Shown: piece by piece, positions 1 to 9,561 of the stretch
Layout of the letters: each line of letters starts with the position of its first letter
How positions within the stretch are numbered: position 1 is the stretch's first letter
Origin: an uncultured Bacteroides sp.
GTDB taxonomy: Bacteria > Bacteroidota > Bacteroidia > Bacteroidales > Bacteroidaceae
Direction: 5' to 3'
NCBI GenBank assembly: GCA_944320635.1
Contig: CALUIF010000016.1
Location: 1 to 41,464, forward strand
Length of the DNA: 41,464 nt
Translations under genes and position numbers: made by a program
The notes under the pieces: generated by a model
What the model saw: the letters and a program-made list of their open reading frames with translations, nothing else
The model's database searches: none
Told to the model about the DNA's origin: nothing

Positions 1-1
1 T

Positions 2-232
2 TATCCCGACCAGGCGGTGGACACGCTGGCCATCGCCGCCCGCCATGCCGAAGGAGGATTCCTGCAAAAGCCCATATCGCCCTGCGGCGCCTGCCGGCAG
101 GTGATGCTCGAGACGGACACGCGCTTCGGCCACCCCATGCGCGTCTTACTATACGGCACGAAAGGCATCTACGAGCTGCGAGGGGTGGAGAGCCTGCTGC
201 CCCTCTCCTTCACGGACGAGTCGATGAAGTAA
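2..232 (+). CDS. cdd: Cytidine deaminase, C-terminal part (5' truncated by window)
   Basis: The frame is open from base 2 (YPDQAVDTLAIAAR...). It carries the zinc-binding PCGACRQ motif and ends in LLPLSF, typical of tetrameric cytidine deaminases. Confidence 0.9.
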   Translation, partial: YPDQAVDTLAIAARHAEGGFLQKPISPCGACRQVMLETDTRFGHPMRVLLYGTKGIYELRGVESLLPLSFTDESMK

Positions 233-305
233 AATCTTGACAACTCGGCGGAGGAGCCGAAACGTTAATATTCGTACAAGTTCAACATTTTTCATGGCCG
301 ATGCC

Positions 306-437
306 ACGACACTATAGTGTCGTCAAAAATGCGCAATAGCGTCGTTAAAAACAGACTATTGCGCATTTTCAACGGGACAGTAGCGCGTTTGCGACGGCGC
401 TATAGCGCAGTTTTGACGGCACTATAGCGCGCTGCGG
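306..437. repeat. Six degenerate 22-bp units with a CTATAG-like core, partly inverted (REP/BIME-like)
   Basis: Cores lie at 312 (ctatag), 334 (caatag), 356 (ctattg), 378 (cagtag), 400 (ctatag) and 422 (ctatag), an exact 22-bp period. 306-323 ACGACACTATAGTGTCGT is a perfect palindrome. 326-339 and 356-369 are perfect inverted repeats. Confidence 0.85.
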
Positions 438-484
438 GCGGCAAAGGCGTCCGGCTTCCGAAATATTGACGCCCCGCCGCCCGC
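434..484. terminator. GC-rich hairpin just downstream of proS (possible terminator or 3' stabiliser)
   Basis: GCGGGCGGC 434-442 pairs with GCCGCCCGC 476-484, and GGCGTC 446-451 pairs with GACGCC 468-473. There is no clear U-tract. Confidence 0.4.
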
Positions 485-494
485 GCCGCAAGTA

Positions 495-1988
495 TCAGTA
501 GGAGCGTGCGAATATCACGCGGCACTCGGAAGGCCGCCCGGTGACCATGCACTTGCCTGGCTCCTTATCGCCCGGCACAAACGATTCGAACGGGATGCAA
601 CGGATGGTGGCCTTGGTCTCTTCCTTGATTTTCTCCTCGGTATCCGTGGTGCCGTCCCAGTGGGCAAGGATGAAGCCTCCCTCTTCTATCTTCTGCTTGA
701 ACTCGTCGTAAGTGTCGGCAGTAGTAATGCGGCGGTTGCGGTAGTCGAGGGCCTTGTTGTAGATGTTCTTCTGCATCTCCTCCAGCAAGTCTTTCACGTA
801 TTGCTCAATGCCGTCGCACGAGCGGGTCTCCTTCTCCAGCGTGTCGCGGCGCATCACCTCCATGGTGTTGTTCTCCAAGTCGCGCCCGCCCATGACGAGA
901 CGCACAGGCACGCCCTTCAACTCGTAGTCGGCAAACTTAAAGCCGGGACGCTTGTTGTCAGCATTGTCATACTTCACGCTGATACCCATGGCACGGAGCC
1001 GCTGCACAATGCCTGCCACCTTCTCGTCAATCCGGGCTAACATCTCGGCATTCTTGTAAATAGGCACAATGACCACTTGTATCGGGGCAAGGTGGGGCGG
1101 CAACACAAGGCCGTTGTCATCGGAATGGGTCATAATCAATGCGCCCATCAACCGGGTAGACACTCCCCACGAAGTGGCCCACACGTACTCCAGCTTGTTT
1201 TCCTTGTTAACGAATTGCACGTCGAAAGCCTTGGCAAAGTTCTGGCCAAGGAAGTGCGAAGTGCCGCTTTGCAAGGCCTTCCCATCCTGCATCATGGCCT
1301 CAATGGTGTAGGTGTTGAGCGCACCGGCGAAACGCTCGTTGGCCGACTTCACACCTTTGATAACGGGCAATGCCATGTACCGCTCGGCAAAGTCTGCATA
1401 TACGTTCAGCATCCTCACGGCTTCCTCTTCGGCCTCCTCACGGGTGGCGTGTGCAGTATGCCCTTCCTGCCAGAGGAACTCGGCGGTGCGCAGGAACAAA
1501 CGGGTGCGCATCTCCCAACGAAATACGTTGGCCCACTGGTTGCACAAGATAGGCAAGTCACGGTAAGAATTAATCCAGTTCTTATACGTATTCCAAATGA
1601 TGGTTTCCGATGTCGGGCGGATAATAAGCTCTTCCTCCAGCTTGGCGGCCGGATCTACCACAACTCCCCCGCCGTTCGGATCGTTTTTCAACCGATAGTG
1701 AGTCACCACGGCGCATTCCTTGGCGAAGCCTTCCACATGCTCGGCCTCCCGGCTAAGGAAGGACTTGGGGATAAGCAAGGGGAAATAAGCGTTGACATGA
1801 CCCGTCTCTTTGAACATGCGGTCCAGCTCGTGTTGCATCTTCTCCCAGATGGCGTAGCCATAAGGCTTGATGACCATGCAGCCGCGCACGGCAGACTGCT
1901 CTGCCAAATCGGCCTTGACCACCAGTTCATTGTACCATTGGGAATAGTTCTCACTGCGTTTCGTGAGGTCTTTCAGTTCTACTGCCAT
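495..1988 (-). CDS. proS: Proline--tRNA ligase, archaeal/eukaryotic type
   Basis: Motifs [37 protein letters not shown] and SWGVSTR, with C-terminal FARSY. At 497 aa it has no INS editing domain. Confidence 0.97.
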   Translation of the reverse strand: MAVELKDLTKRSENYSQWYNELVVKADLAEQSAVRGCMVIKPYGYAIWEKMQHELDRMFKETGHVNAYFPLLIPKSFLSREAEHVEGFAKECAVVTHYRLKNDPNGGGVVVDPAAKLEEELIIRPTSETIIWNTYKNWINSYRDLPILCNQWANVFRWEMRTRLFLRTAEFLWQEGHTAHATREEAEEEAVRMLNVYADFAERYMALPVIKGVKSANERFAGALNTYTIEAMMQDGKALQSGTSHFLGQNFAKAFDVQFVNKENKLEYVWATSWGVSTRLMGALIMTHSDDNGLVLPPHLAPIQVVIVPIYKNAEMLARIDEKVAGIVQRLRAMGISVKYDNADNKRPGFKFADYELKGVPVRLVMGGRDLENNTMEVMRRDTLEKETRSCDGIEQYVKDLLEEMQKNIYNKALDYRNRRITTADTYDEFKQKIEEGGFILAHWDGTTDTEEKIKEETKATIRCIPFESFVPGDKEPGKCMVTGRPSECRVIFARSY

Positions 1989-2061
1989 TGTATCAAAAAA
2001 TATATTAAGTTATAAATATCCGTAGAGTTACTGTCCTATCACCAGACAGATACAGCGCGTG

Positions 2062-2069
2062 CAAAGGTA
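2062..2069 (-). promoter_or_regulatory. Bacteroidetes sigma-A -7 box for proS
   Basis: Minus strand reads TACCTTTG(CA), matching TAnnTTTG. Confidence 0.65.
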
Positions 2070-2113
2070 CGCATTTATAATGAAGAACGAAGAACGAAGA
2101 ATAAAGAAAATCC

Positions 2114-2121
2114 TATCTTTG
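2114..2121 (+). promoter_or_regulatory. -7 box for nudC
   Basis: TATCTTTG(CA) ends about 25 nt before ATG 2146. Confidence 0.65.
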
Positions 2122-2145
2122 CACCCACAAAACGTGACACAGCTT

Positions 2146-2946
2146 ATGAAAGACAGACAGATAAATGTACAGTTGCCCCTATGTGCCTTCTATGGGGACA
2201 AATTGTTGCTAATAAATGAAGGAAAAACAGGATACAAATATCGATTGCCTTTAGGAGGAGAAATGCCTGCCTCCTGGATAAAAGGAAAGAAAATACACTA
2301 CGTACTGCTACCTACAGGCAACACGGTGCAAGCGCTTGCCCTCGATAAAGAATACAATACTACCGAAGGATGGAAAACTTTAGGCCTCCGCGCCTCGTTC
2401 GACCATATCGCCCCCGATGATTACCGTGCAGCAGGAAAAGCTTACCAAATACTTTACTGGGATGCACATAGCCGATTCTGCCCTGCCTGCGGAACACAGA
2501 CAGAACAGCATACCGACATCATGAAACGTTGCCCCCATTGTGGTTTCGAACTCTATCCGCCTGTATCCACCGCCATCATTGTATTAGTACGCCGGGGTAA
2601 AGACGAAATCCTGATGGTGCATGCCCGTAATTTTCGCGGCACTTTTTACGGCTTGGTAGCAGGCTTCGTAGAAGCCGGCGAGACTTTGGAACAATGCGTA
2701 CAACGCGAAGTGCGCGAAGAAACCGGACTGGAAGTAACCAACATCCGCTACTTCGACAGCCAACCTTGGCCTTATCCCAGCGGACTGATGGTAGGTTTTA
2801 CCGCCGACTATGCCGGCGGTAAAATCAAGTTGCAGGATGATGAATTGAGTGCGGGAGCCTTTTATCATCGCGACCATCTCCCCGAATTACCTCAAAAACT
2901 TAGCATAGCCCGCCGACTTATTGAAGCTTGGAGAAGTACACGCTAA
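2146..2946 (+). CDS. nudC: NAD(H) diphosphatase / NAD-decapping Nudix hydrolase
   Basis: Zinc ribbon FCPACG...CPHCG, Nudix box GFVEAGETLEQCVQREVREETG and the SQPWPYPSGLM signature. Start moved to ATG 2146, downstream of the -7 box. Confidence 0.92.
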   Translation: MKDRQINVQLPLCAFYGDKLLLINEGKTGYKYRLPLGGEMPASWIKGKKIHYVLLPTGNTVQALALDKEYNTTEGWKTLGLRASFDHIAPDDYRAAGKAYQILYWDAHSRFCPACGTQTEQHTDIMKRCPHCGFELYPPVSTAIIVLVRRGKDEILMVHARNFRGTFYGLVAGFVEAGETLEQCVQREVREETGLEVTNIRYFDSQPWPYPSGLMVGFTADYAGGKIKLQDDELSAGAFYHRDHLPELPQKLSIARRLIEAWRSTR

Positions 2947-2953
2947 GAGCATG

Positions 2954-5152
2954 TCACTCCACCACCTCTTCTAAATAAAGTACGCGGCTTGCATAGTCAT
3001 TCTGCTTATGGTAATCCACCACATGGTTGTAGGGCAATTCAAGGCCATTAGCCATCAGGTAGGCTCCAGTGAACACCTTACCCTCACAGGCAAGAGGTTT
3101 ATTATCTATGCGGTTCAGTTCATGTACCCGATAACGTTTGTCCGGGTTAAGTCCAGCCATCGGCACACGAGGAAGGTGTTGGTTAACAAAATGTTCAGTC
3201 TTCCACCAATAAAATACGGCTTTATCTTTCTCCGAGCTGACATACATCAACGAGGCAGCACCCAGTTTATCGTACGGCGAAAGAAGGCGGTAAATGTCTC
3301 CTTGTTGCACCACAGGACGGATTTGTTTGTATTCATCGATAGCAGTACGGCACAAGGCTTTTTCTTCATCAGTCATATTCTTCGGCTGAATCTCCATGCC
3401 AAGGCGCCCACTCATTGCAACATCGATGCGATATTTCAATGGAATAGTACGGAAGGTCTGATGATTGGGCGCAGCACTGATATGCGATGCCATTGCTATG
3501 GCCGGGAAGAAATAAGAAGTACCCCACTGCATATACACACGTTGTAAAGCATCGGTATTGTCTGATACCCAAAATTCGTCAAACCAAGGTAACACGCCAT
3601 AATTAGCACGCCCTCCTCCACTGGCACAAGCCTGAATGCAAAGTTCCGGATATTTGGCACGAATGCGGCGCATTACCTGTTCTAGTCCACGGTGATAATC
3701 TATGTAGAAATGACTTTGACGGTCGGACGGCAGATAACTGGAACCTTGGCTGGCTATAGACATATTAGCATCCCATTTTAAATATTCCAATCCGGGATAA
3801 TTGGTCATAAGTGTATCGACAAGGTTGAATATGAAGTCCTGCACCTCAGGGTTCGAAAGGTCAAGTACCAATTGTGTACCTCCCCTGCCAGTGACGGGAG
3901 CACGTTGCGGTGCATTCACAATCCAGTCAGGATGTTTTTCATACAATTCGCTGACAGTATTAGTCATCTCTGGTTCTATCCAAAGGCCAAAGCCTATACC
4001 ATGTTTCTTCGCATCGGCCAGCAGTCCGCTGATGCCATGGGGCAATTTCCGTGTGTCTACCACCCAGTCGCCCAAGCTCGACGTATCCTTGTTCCGTTGG
4101 TATTTCGCGCCAAACCACCCATCGTCCATCACAAAAAGTTCACCACCCATCGAGGCTATGTCCTGCATCATTTGATCCATGCCGTTCTCTGTTATATCAA
4201 AGTACACGCCTTCCCAGCTGTTGAGCAGAATTTTACGCAATTTGGTTCCATTGGCCAGTTTATATTGACGAGCCCAACGATGAAAGTTCCGGCTAGCTCC
4301 ACTCAACCCCTCGTTGCTATAAGTCAGAGCCAATTCGGGTGTGCGGAATATTTCATTCTTCTCCAATACATACTGAGAATTTTCCTCATTGATTCCTGCA
4401 AAGAAATTGTGGTATTCTCCATCATGTGTATCAATACGCAGTTTGTAATTGCCGGCATAACACAAAGCGGCCCCGATAATACGCCCTGCATTTTCCTGTG
4501 GACGGCCATCCAATGAAAACATCACTTCAGCATGATCGGTATGCGAATTACGCACACCATCTTTGTTGTCAATCACCAACATTCCGGGCTTCAACTGTTC
4601 TTGCACGAGGTTGGCTTCATTGGCCCACGAGCCGTGCAAGTGGCTTACCCATACATCCCCACGCCTTATAGGCAGATAGGCAGAGGCAAACTGGCGCAAA
4701 GTGACAGGCTTCTTTCCTCTGTTTGTCAGTTCCGTCCAGCACTCAATAATGTCTACATTCTGATAAGCTCGATAACACACATTCACACTGAAGGGGTAAA
4801 CCGTATCGTGCAGGCGGATAGTCACCTCATGCACTTTTTCGGAATCGGTGGAAATAACACCCTCCACCTCCAACTGAAGCGACATGTTACCATCGGCCTG
4901 AGTTACAGCAAGAGCTGCCTCAGCTGGACATGAGGAGCCATATTCTGGATAAGCGGAAGCTATGGATGTACCAGCTAAAGCTGCTACATCTGTATCAGCA
5001 AGTTTACTACCATAATGAACATAGCGCAACTTGCCGCCTTCGGGAGCAGAAAGCACCAAAGAGGTATTTGGCGTACTAAGATGGATAAGGTCTTGTGCCG
5101 AAAGGACTCCGGTAAAGAAAAGGCACAAAACAAGAATGAAGTTCTTTTTCAT
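2954..5152 (-). CDS. Alpha-galactosidase, glycoside hydrolase family 36, secreted
   Basis: Motifs LNSWEG, MDDGWF, GLWIEPE, YLKWDAN, CASGGGR and WVSDNTD, plus an N-terminal signal peptide. Confidence 0.93.
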   Translation of the reverse strand: MKKNFILVLCLFFTGVLSAQDLIHLSTPNTSLVLSAPEGGKLRYVHYGSKLADTDVAALAGTSIASAYPEYGSSCPAEAALAVTQADGNMSLQLEVEGVISTDSEKVHEVTIRLHDTVYPFSVNVCYRAYQNVDIIECWTELTNRGKKPVTLRQFASAYLPIRRGDVWVSHLHGSWANEANLVQEQLKPGMLVIDNKDGVRNSHTDHAEVMFSLDGRPQENAGRIIGAALCYAGNYKLRIDTHDGEYHNFFAGINEENSQYVLEKNEIFRTPELALTYSNEGLSGASRNFHRWARQYKLANGTKLRKILLNSWEGVYFDITENGMDQMMQDIASMGGELFVMDDGWFGAKYQRNKDTSSLGDWVVDTRKLPHGISGLLADAKKHGIGFGLWIEPEMTNTVSELYEKHPDWIVNAPQRAPVTGRGGTQLVLDLSNPEVQDFIFNLVDTLMTNYPGLEYLKWDANMSIASQGSSYLPSDRQSHFYIDYHRGLEQVMRRIRAKYPELCIQACASGGGRANYGVLPWFDEFWVSDNTDALQRVYMQWGTSYFFPAIAMASHISAAPNHQTFRTIPLKYRIDVAMSGRLGMEIQPKNMTDEEKALCRTAIDEYKQIRPVVQQGDIYRLLSPYDKLGAASLMYVSSEKDKAVFYWWKTEHFVNQHLPRVPMAGLNPDKRYRVHELNRIDNKPLACEGKVFTGAYLMANGLELPYNHVVDYHKQNDYASRVLYLEEVVE

Positions 5153-5246
5153 GGGTCAGTTCGTGTTTATTTTAGATTAATATTTCATCGGCAAAGTAAG
5201 CCTATTCCGGTGAAACGACATGGCACTGTATTATCTAATAATGATA

Positions 5247-5768
5247 TTATTTTGCATCAATAGACATATTTTTTACGTGCACAGTAATGGAGTCACCATA
5301 AGTACGCAGCACCTCCAAAGTGCGGGCACGGCGTCGTTTGCCTTTCCTATCCCAAAAGTCGCGGGTAAAAATTGCCATCAGGCTGTAGCCCGAAGGCGAA
5401 ACACCTCCAGCCAAACGAGGAATAGTCATACCTTTCGGTCGATCGATATCTATCTTGCGTTGGTAAACGGGATCCCAATTGTAGGGAGTGTTGGCCGAAT
5501 AAGGACGCAAAGTAAGCCGCGCTTTTGGCTTAGGCGATATATGAGGCAATATAGGGTTGAATTCCATCCATGGGCGTGAAGTATCTACATTCGGTTTGCC
5601 CATAAAGATCTGCTCCAACTCGCGCAATGCGTCAGGATTCAAACGCGGCTGTTCTTCCTGCTCAAGCAAACGGTGCAAGCGCAAAGAATCTTGAACGCTC
5701 CACTGCTGTGCGCAAAGAGGATATACAACTGCAATGAGCAATACCCCAAAAACGAACACAGACTTCAT
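5247..5768 (-). CDS. Secreted hypothetical protein (DUF4858-like)
   Basis: Probable start MKSVFVFG with a signal peptide (…LCA|QQWSVQDSL). Last gene of the ECF operon. DUF assignment is from recall. Confidence 0.7.
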   Translation of the reverse strand: MKSVFVFGVLLIAVVYPLCAQQWSVQDSLRLHRLLEQEEQPRLNPDALRELEQIFMGKPNVDTSRPWMEFNPILPHISPKPKARLTLRPYSANTPYNWDPVYQRKIDIDRPKGMTIPRLAGGVSPSGYSLMAIFTRDFWDRKGKRRRARTLEVLRTYGDSITVHVKNMSIDAK

Positions 5769-5802
5769 GCAACGAAAATTTAGCGGTATGTAGACTATAA
5801 GG

Positions 5803-6357
5803 TTACCACCACATGTAGCCGCTGCCACAAAGAGGCTCGTCATAGCAAGGGTCTATGGTCCACATGGTCCGTGGTAACTGACGCGTCTGCCACCAACTGC
5901 GGTAACGTTGCACAGCATCCAGCACCTCCTCGTCCGTCAGAAAGTAAATGCCTTCATAATCTTCGGCATCCACATGTACCATTTTGCAACCCATCGAAGC
6001 GTTATGTCCTAAGCGCAGGGATTCCACTGTCCAAAGAATACATTCTCCAAGACGAAGCTTTCCACCGGCTGAATAAGAAACGGGAGCCAAAGGAAACGAA
6101 GGGACCTCAGACAAGTCGTCGGCATATGACAAAAGGGCTTCGATGTCTTTCATCGTAAACTTAGGTAAACCCTGCACCTGCCCCTCACCCGGCCAAGCTA
6201 ACTTGCCCGACTTGAGCTGATGGACAAAGACATCCACATCAGGATGATTATAATCGAACGTTTCATTTGTACAGGCACCCAAGGTTAGAAGCACTACAAG
6301 CATGGGAATGACGCCTCGCAACGTATTATGATATACATATATGAATAGAGTTTTCAT
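5803..6357 (-). CDS. Lipoprotein (DUF4943-like)
   Basis: Lipobox LGA|C followed by TNETFDYNHPDVDVFV, ending in GSGYMWW. DUF assignment is from recall. Confidence 0.72.
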   Translation of the reverse strand: MKTLFIYVYHNTLRGVIPMLVVLLTLGACTNETFDYNHPDVDVFVHQLKSGKLAWPGEGQVQGLPKFTMKDIEALLSYADDLSEVPSFPLAPVSYSAGGKLRLGECILWTVESLRLGHNASMGCKMVHVDAEDYEGIYFLTDEEVLDAVQRYRSWWQTRQLPRTMWTIDPCYDEPLCGSGYMWW

Positions 6358-6377
6358 AAAGAATAATTTTAATCGGA

Positions 6378-7424
6378 TTAGAAAAGCATGCGCATGCCAC
6401 ACAACAACTGAAGATTGGTAGGTCGTTCGCGATAAAGCGTCTCGGTTTGCGAGTCTGTGTCAAACCGATGCGTCACCGATGGCTCTGCAAAAAGAGCCAG
6501 GTGCTGATTCAGTTTATACCGCACGCCTACACCAGCCATCAGCGATAAACCTATCGGCTCAGCACGAAAGCTATTGTCAGCAGCCCCGGCTACCACCTTT
6601 TCTGCCATTCCACCCGCCATGGCATAAAAATCCACCTTTTCATTCCCGGCCAACAAGACATTAGCACGCACCGGAATTCCTATTGAATGGAGCGTTTCCT
6701 CCCCACCCAAGCGAGTATATTGCAAGCCTGCCTCTAACGACCAACGCCGACCTATACACCGCTCTACCCCAAAGGTTGCCATAAGCGGTGCATTATACTT
6801 TCCCCGGGGCAAAGCACTACCTATGCCCGCCTTGAATGCCCATTGGCATGGATTAATTTCTTCCGGTGAAGAAAGCGTTCCCTGTATCGGTGCCTCTTCT
6901 TGCGAAGCTTGGGGGGCAGCCTGCTTACCGTGTGACGCCTGTCGATAACTGTAGGCCGACTGCGATTGACGGGCATAACCGTTCTCCATAATCGTAATAG
7001 ATAAGTGCACAGAAACCTGCTCGTTTTTTTCATCAGGCCGGCTCGCAGCAACCGGTGACGTCCGATGCATCTTGCTTCTCCGCGATGCCATGGGAGCAAC
7101 AGATACAGGTGGAGAGAAAGACTCCTGCACTTGGTCACCCCGCACCTCGGCCGCTGGTATCATAGAAGCTACCGGCGCCATGGCCTCCTTTACTTCGGGG
7201 TACTGAGAGAAATACCAGAAAGCTGCTGAAGCTCCTCCCAACACCAAGACTATACTCGCCGCTGCGGCTACACGTGGAAACCACCTGCGTCGAAAAGGCA
7301 TTGCACATTGCTCCGTCTTGCCCAAGTCGGTTTGCAACGCTTGCCAAAAGCCATCGCGCACGTCCATTTCAGCATCGGCCAGACGTTTGCGGTAAAGGCG
7401 GGTTATGTCATCTTCTGTTTTCAT
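6378..7424 (-). CDS. Putative anti-sigma factor with one TM helix and a C-terminal outer-membrane beta-barrel
   Basis: Start MKTEDD overlaps the sigma stop region. A short N-terminal domain is followed by a hydrophobic helix (VAAAASIVLVLGGASAAFWYF), an S/P/A/Q-rich linker and alternating beta-strands ending in Phe (GMRMLF). Confidence 0.75.
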   Translation of the reverse strand: MKTEDDITRLYRKRLADAEMDVRDGFWQALQTDLGKTEQCAMPFRRRWFPRVAAAASIVLVLGGASAAFWYFSQYPEVKEAMAPVASMIPAAEVRGDQVQESFSPPVSVAPMASRRSKMHRTSPVAASRPDEKNEQVSVHLSITIMENGYARQSQSAYSYRQASHGKQAAPQASQEEAPIQGTLSSPEEINPCQWAFKAGIGSALPRGKYNAPLMATFGVERCIGRRWSLEAGLQYTRLGGEETLHSIGIPVRANVLLAGNEKVDFYAMAGGMAEKVVAGAADNSFRAEPIGLSLMAGVGVRYKLNQHLALFAEPSVTHRFDTDSQTETLYRERPTNLQLLCGMRMLF

Positions 7425-7977
7425 GCTCGATATATTCTTTGATTCTTTTTGCCAATAACAACTTTGCACGATGCAGTTGCGAGGCCGACGTATGCTCCTT
7501 GATACCCAGCAGCAGAGCTATCTCTTGGTGCGACTTTTCCTCAAACACATAAAGGTTGAACACCGTTCTGCAACCTGCGGGCAACTCGGCAAGCAGTTCC
7601 ATCAGCACTTCTTGTGAGAGGTTGTCGGCTGCACCGGCAGCCACTGGTTCCTCATCAGGACAGTCGGGCAGTTGCTCTTCATACACCACCAAGCGGGCAA
7701 AACGTTCACGTTGCCTCAAGAAGTCGATGGACTGGGTCACCATAACCCGTGTCAACCACGTCTTCAAGGAGCACTCCCCCCGAAAGGTGAAGCGCGTGAA
7801 CGCCTTGATGAAACCGTCGTGCAATACGTCGTGAGCAGCATCCACATCGCCTGTGTAGCGGTAGCACACGGCCAACATCTGCTTGGCATAACGGACATAC
7901 AACTCCTTGCGGGCAGCCTCCTTTCCCGCCCGGCAACCTTCTACAAGTTCTGTCTCATTGTCCAACGTCAGTGTCAT
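7408..7977 (-). CDS. RNA polymerase ECF sigma-70 factor
   Basis: Region 2 (AHDVLHDGFIKAF…LKTWLTRV) and region 4 (LPAGCRTVFNLYVFEEKSHQEIA…SQLHRAK), 189 aa. Confidence 0.93.
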   Translation of the reverse strand: MTLTLDNETELVEGCRAGKEAARKELYVRYAKQMLAVCYRYTGDVDAAHDVLHDGFIKAFTRFTFRGECSLKTWLTRVMVTQSIDFLRQRERFARLVVYEEQLPDCPDEEPVAAGAADNLSQEVLMELLAELPAGCRTVFNLYVFEEKSHQEIALLLGIKEHTSASQLHRAKLLLAKRIKEYIEHENRR

Positions 7978-8010
7978 CTTATGGACGCCTTCGCGCGCCG
8001 TTTACTTATC

Positions 8011-8036
8011 AGACGGACAAATGCCCGAAAGACTGC
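8011..8036 (-). promoter_or_regulatory. Candidate ECF-type autoregulatory promoter
   Basis: Minus strand reads GCAGT-N16-CGTCT about 35 nt upstream of the sigma start, resembling ECF -35/-10 (xAAC/CGTC) geometry. Confidence 0.4.
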
Positions 8037-8100
8037 CTCCGATTCTTATAAAAGAAGTTAAAACGGAGCATATTACAGAGAATATAGCATGAAAAGGGAC

Positions 8101-8949
8101 TTAGCACGCTTTAAAGCTCATGTCCAAGCCCTTGACGGAGTGGGTCAACGCCCCTACCGAAATAAAGTCTACGCCGCACTCGGCATAGTCGCGCAAGGTA
8201 TCGAAGGTGATGCCGCCCGACGACTCTGTCTCATAACGCCCCCCCACCATCTCTACTGCTTTGCGGGTCATTTCGGGGGTGAAGTTATCAAACATTATGC
8301 GGTCCACCCCGCCCAAGTCGAGCACCTGCTGCAGCTCGTCGAGATTCCGTACCTCGATTTCAATCTTCAGGTCCTTGCCTTTCTCCCGGCAATACTCTTT
8401 GGCGCGCGTAATGGCTTTATCGATGCCTCCGGCAAAATCCACGTGGTTATCTTTCAGCAGAATCATGTCAAACAAGCCAATGCGGTGGTTTACGCCCCCG
8501 CCTATCTTGACCGCCATTTTTTCGAGGATGCGCATGCCGGGGGTTGTCTTCCGGGTGTCGAGCACGCGGGTATGTGTGCCCTTGAGACGCTCGGCATACC
8601 TGTGTGTCATGGTGGCAATACCGCTCATGCGTTGCATAATGTTCAGCATCAACCTCTCTGTCTGTAGCAACGACTGCACCTTGCCTTCCACTACCATCGG
8701 CACGTCGCCCGGATGCACTGCAGTACCGTCGTTCATGAAGACTTCCACTTTCATCTCGGGGTCGAAGCGGCGGAATACTTCTTTGGCCACTTCGATGCCA
8801 GCCAAGATGCCGGGTTCCTTAATCAGCAGTTTCGACTTGCCCATGGCGGTGGCGGGTATGCACGACAGCGTGGTGTGGTCGCCATCGCCTATATCTTCTG
8901 CGAAAGCCAGGTCTATCAGCCTGTCTATCAATTCTTGTTCCTTAGTCAT
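8101..8949 (-). CDS. nadC: Carboxylating nicotinate-nucleotide diphosphorylase (QPRTase)
   Basis: Motifs EDIGDGDHTT, LDTRKTTPG, NHRIGLFD, LKDNH, EIEV, MFDN, SGGI and ISVGALTHS. Confidence 0.97.
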   Translation of the reverse strand: MTKEQELIDRLIDLAFAEDIGDGDHTTLSCIPATAMGKSKLLIKEPGILAGIEVAKEVFRRFDPEMKVEVFMNDGTAVHPGDVPMVVEGKVQSLLQTERLMLNIMQRMSGIATMTHRYAERLKGTHTRVLDTRKTTPGMRILEKMAVKIGGGVNHRIGLFDMILLKDNHVDFAGGIDKAITRAKEYCREKGKDLKIEIEVRNLDELQQVLDLGGVDRIMFDNFTPEMTRKAVEMVGGRYETESSGGITFDTLRDYAECGVDFISVGALTHSVKGLDMSFKAC

Positions 8950-9340
8950 CAGCTTTATTGATTCTTATTTGGTGAATAAAATAGTTGTTTCCTGTTTTCT
9001 TTAAAAAGCAATGCACGCGGTAGTTTCCGTGCTGCGTGCGCAGGGTGCCTACCACGAAGCCCGACTCGTCGCGCTGCCCCTCATGGTTGAGGTCGAAGCC
9101 CTGCACCTTGTGCAGCCGGAAGAACTGGGCCAGAGCCTCCTCCCCTGCCCGCTTGCCGGAACCGGTGGTTTTGCCTTGGATAACGATGTTGACCTTGTCG
9201 TCCAAAAGCGTGTTCAGCTCTACGGCATTTCCTTTCCGGAAAGCCGCCACCACACTTTGCGCCGCCTCTTGCCCCCGGGCCAAGGCCGTTGCCATAAGGA
9301 GGGTGGCCAATAATAAGGCTATTCGTCGTGTCATCTGCAT
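8942..9340 (-). CDS. Secreted protein (DUF4783-like)
   Basis: Signal peptide, and a stop that overlaps the nadC start. Start placed at 9340 (or 9334), downstream of a -7 box. Confidence 0.75.
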   Translation of the reverse strand: MQMTRRIALLLATLLMATALARGQEAAQSVVAAFRKGNAVELNTLLDDKVNIVIQGKTTGSGKRAGEEALAQFFRLHKVQGFDLNHEGQRDESGFVVGTLRTQHGNYRVHCFLKKTGNNYFIHQIRINKADD

Positions 9341-9363
9341 TTGGTATGAATGGTCGTCGGGGG

Positions 9364-9371
9364 CAAAGTTA
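9364..9371 (-). promoter_or_regulatory. -7 box for the DUF4783-nadC operon
   Basis: Minus strand reads TAACTTTG(CC). Confidence 0.6.
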
Positions 9372-9561
9372 AACATTTATTATGAACTTTCAAGAATGGG
9401 TGGGAGGAAATCATACTCCCCCCGTGTGTTTTCCGATGCCTGTGGCATGTGTCTTGGGGATATGCGCCTGCCCCTTGCTACAAGGTGTGCCGGAGAGCGA
9501 CGTTAGTGTCTGACAAAGAGTATCGATAGTGTCTGGCGGACGCCTGCTGTGCCCCGGAGGG

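Noticed and set aside
1077-2015. 312-aa ORF opposite proS (also 26999-27937, 30016-30825, 16089-16862)
   Set aside because: These lie antisense to well-supported genes and show no recognisable domains.
9472-9535. Short repeats (TAGTGTCTG twice; CCTTGCTACAAGG hairpin)
   Set aside because: Too short and too few to distinguish from chance.
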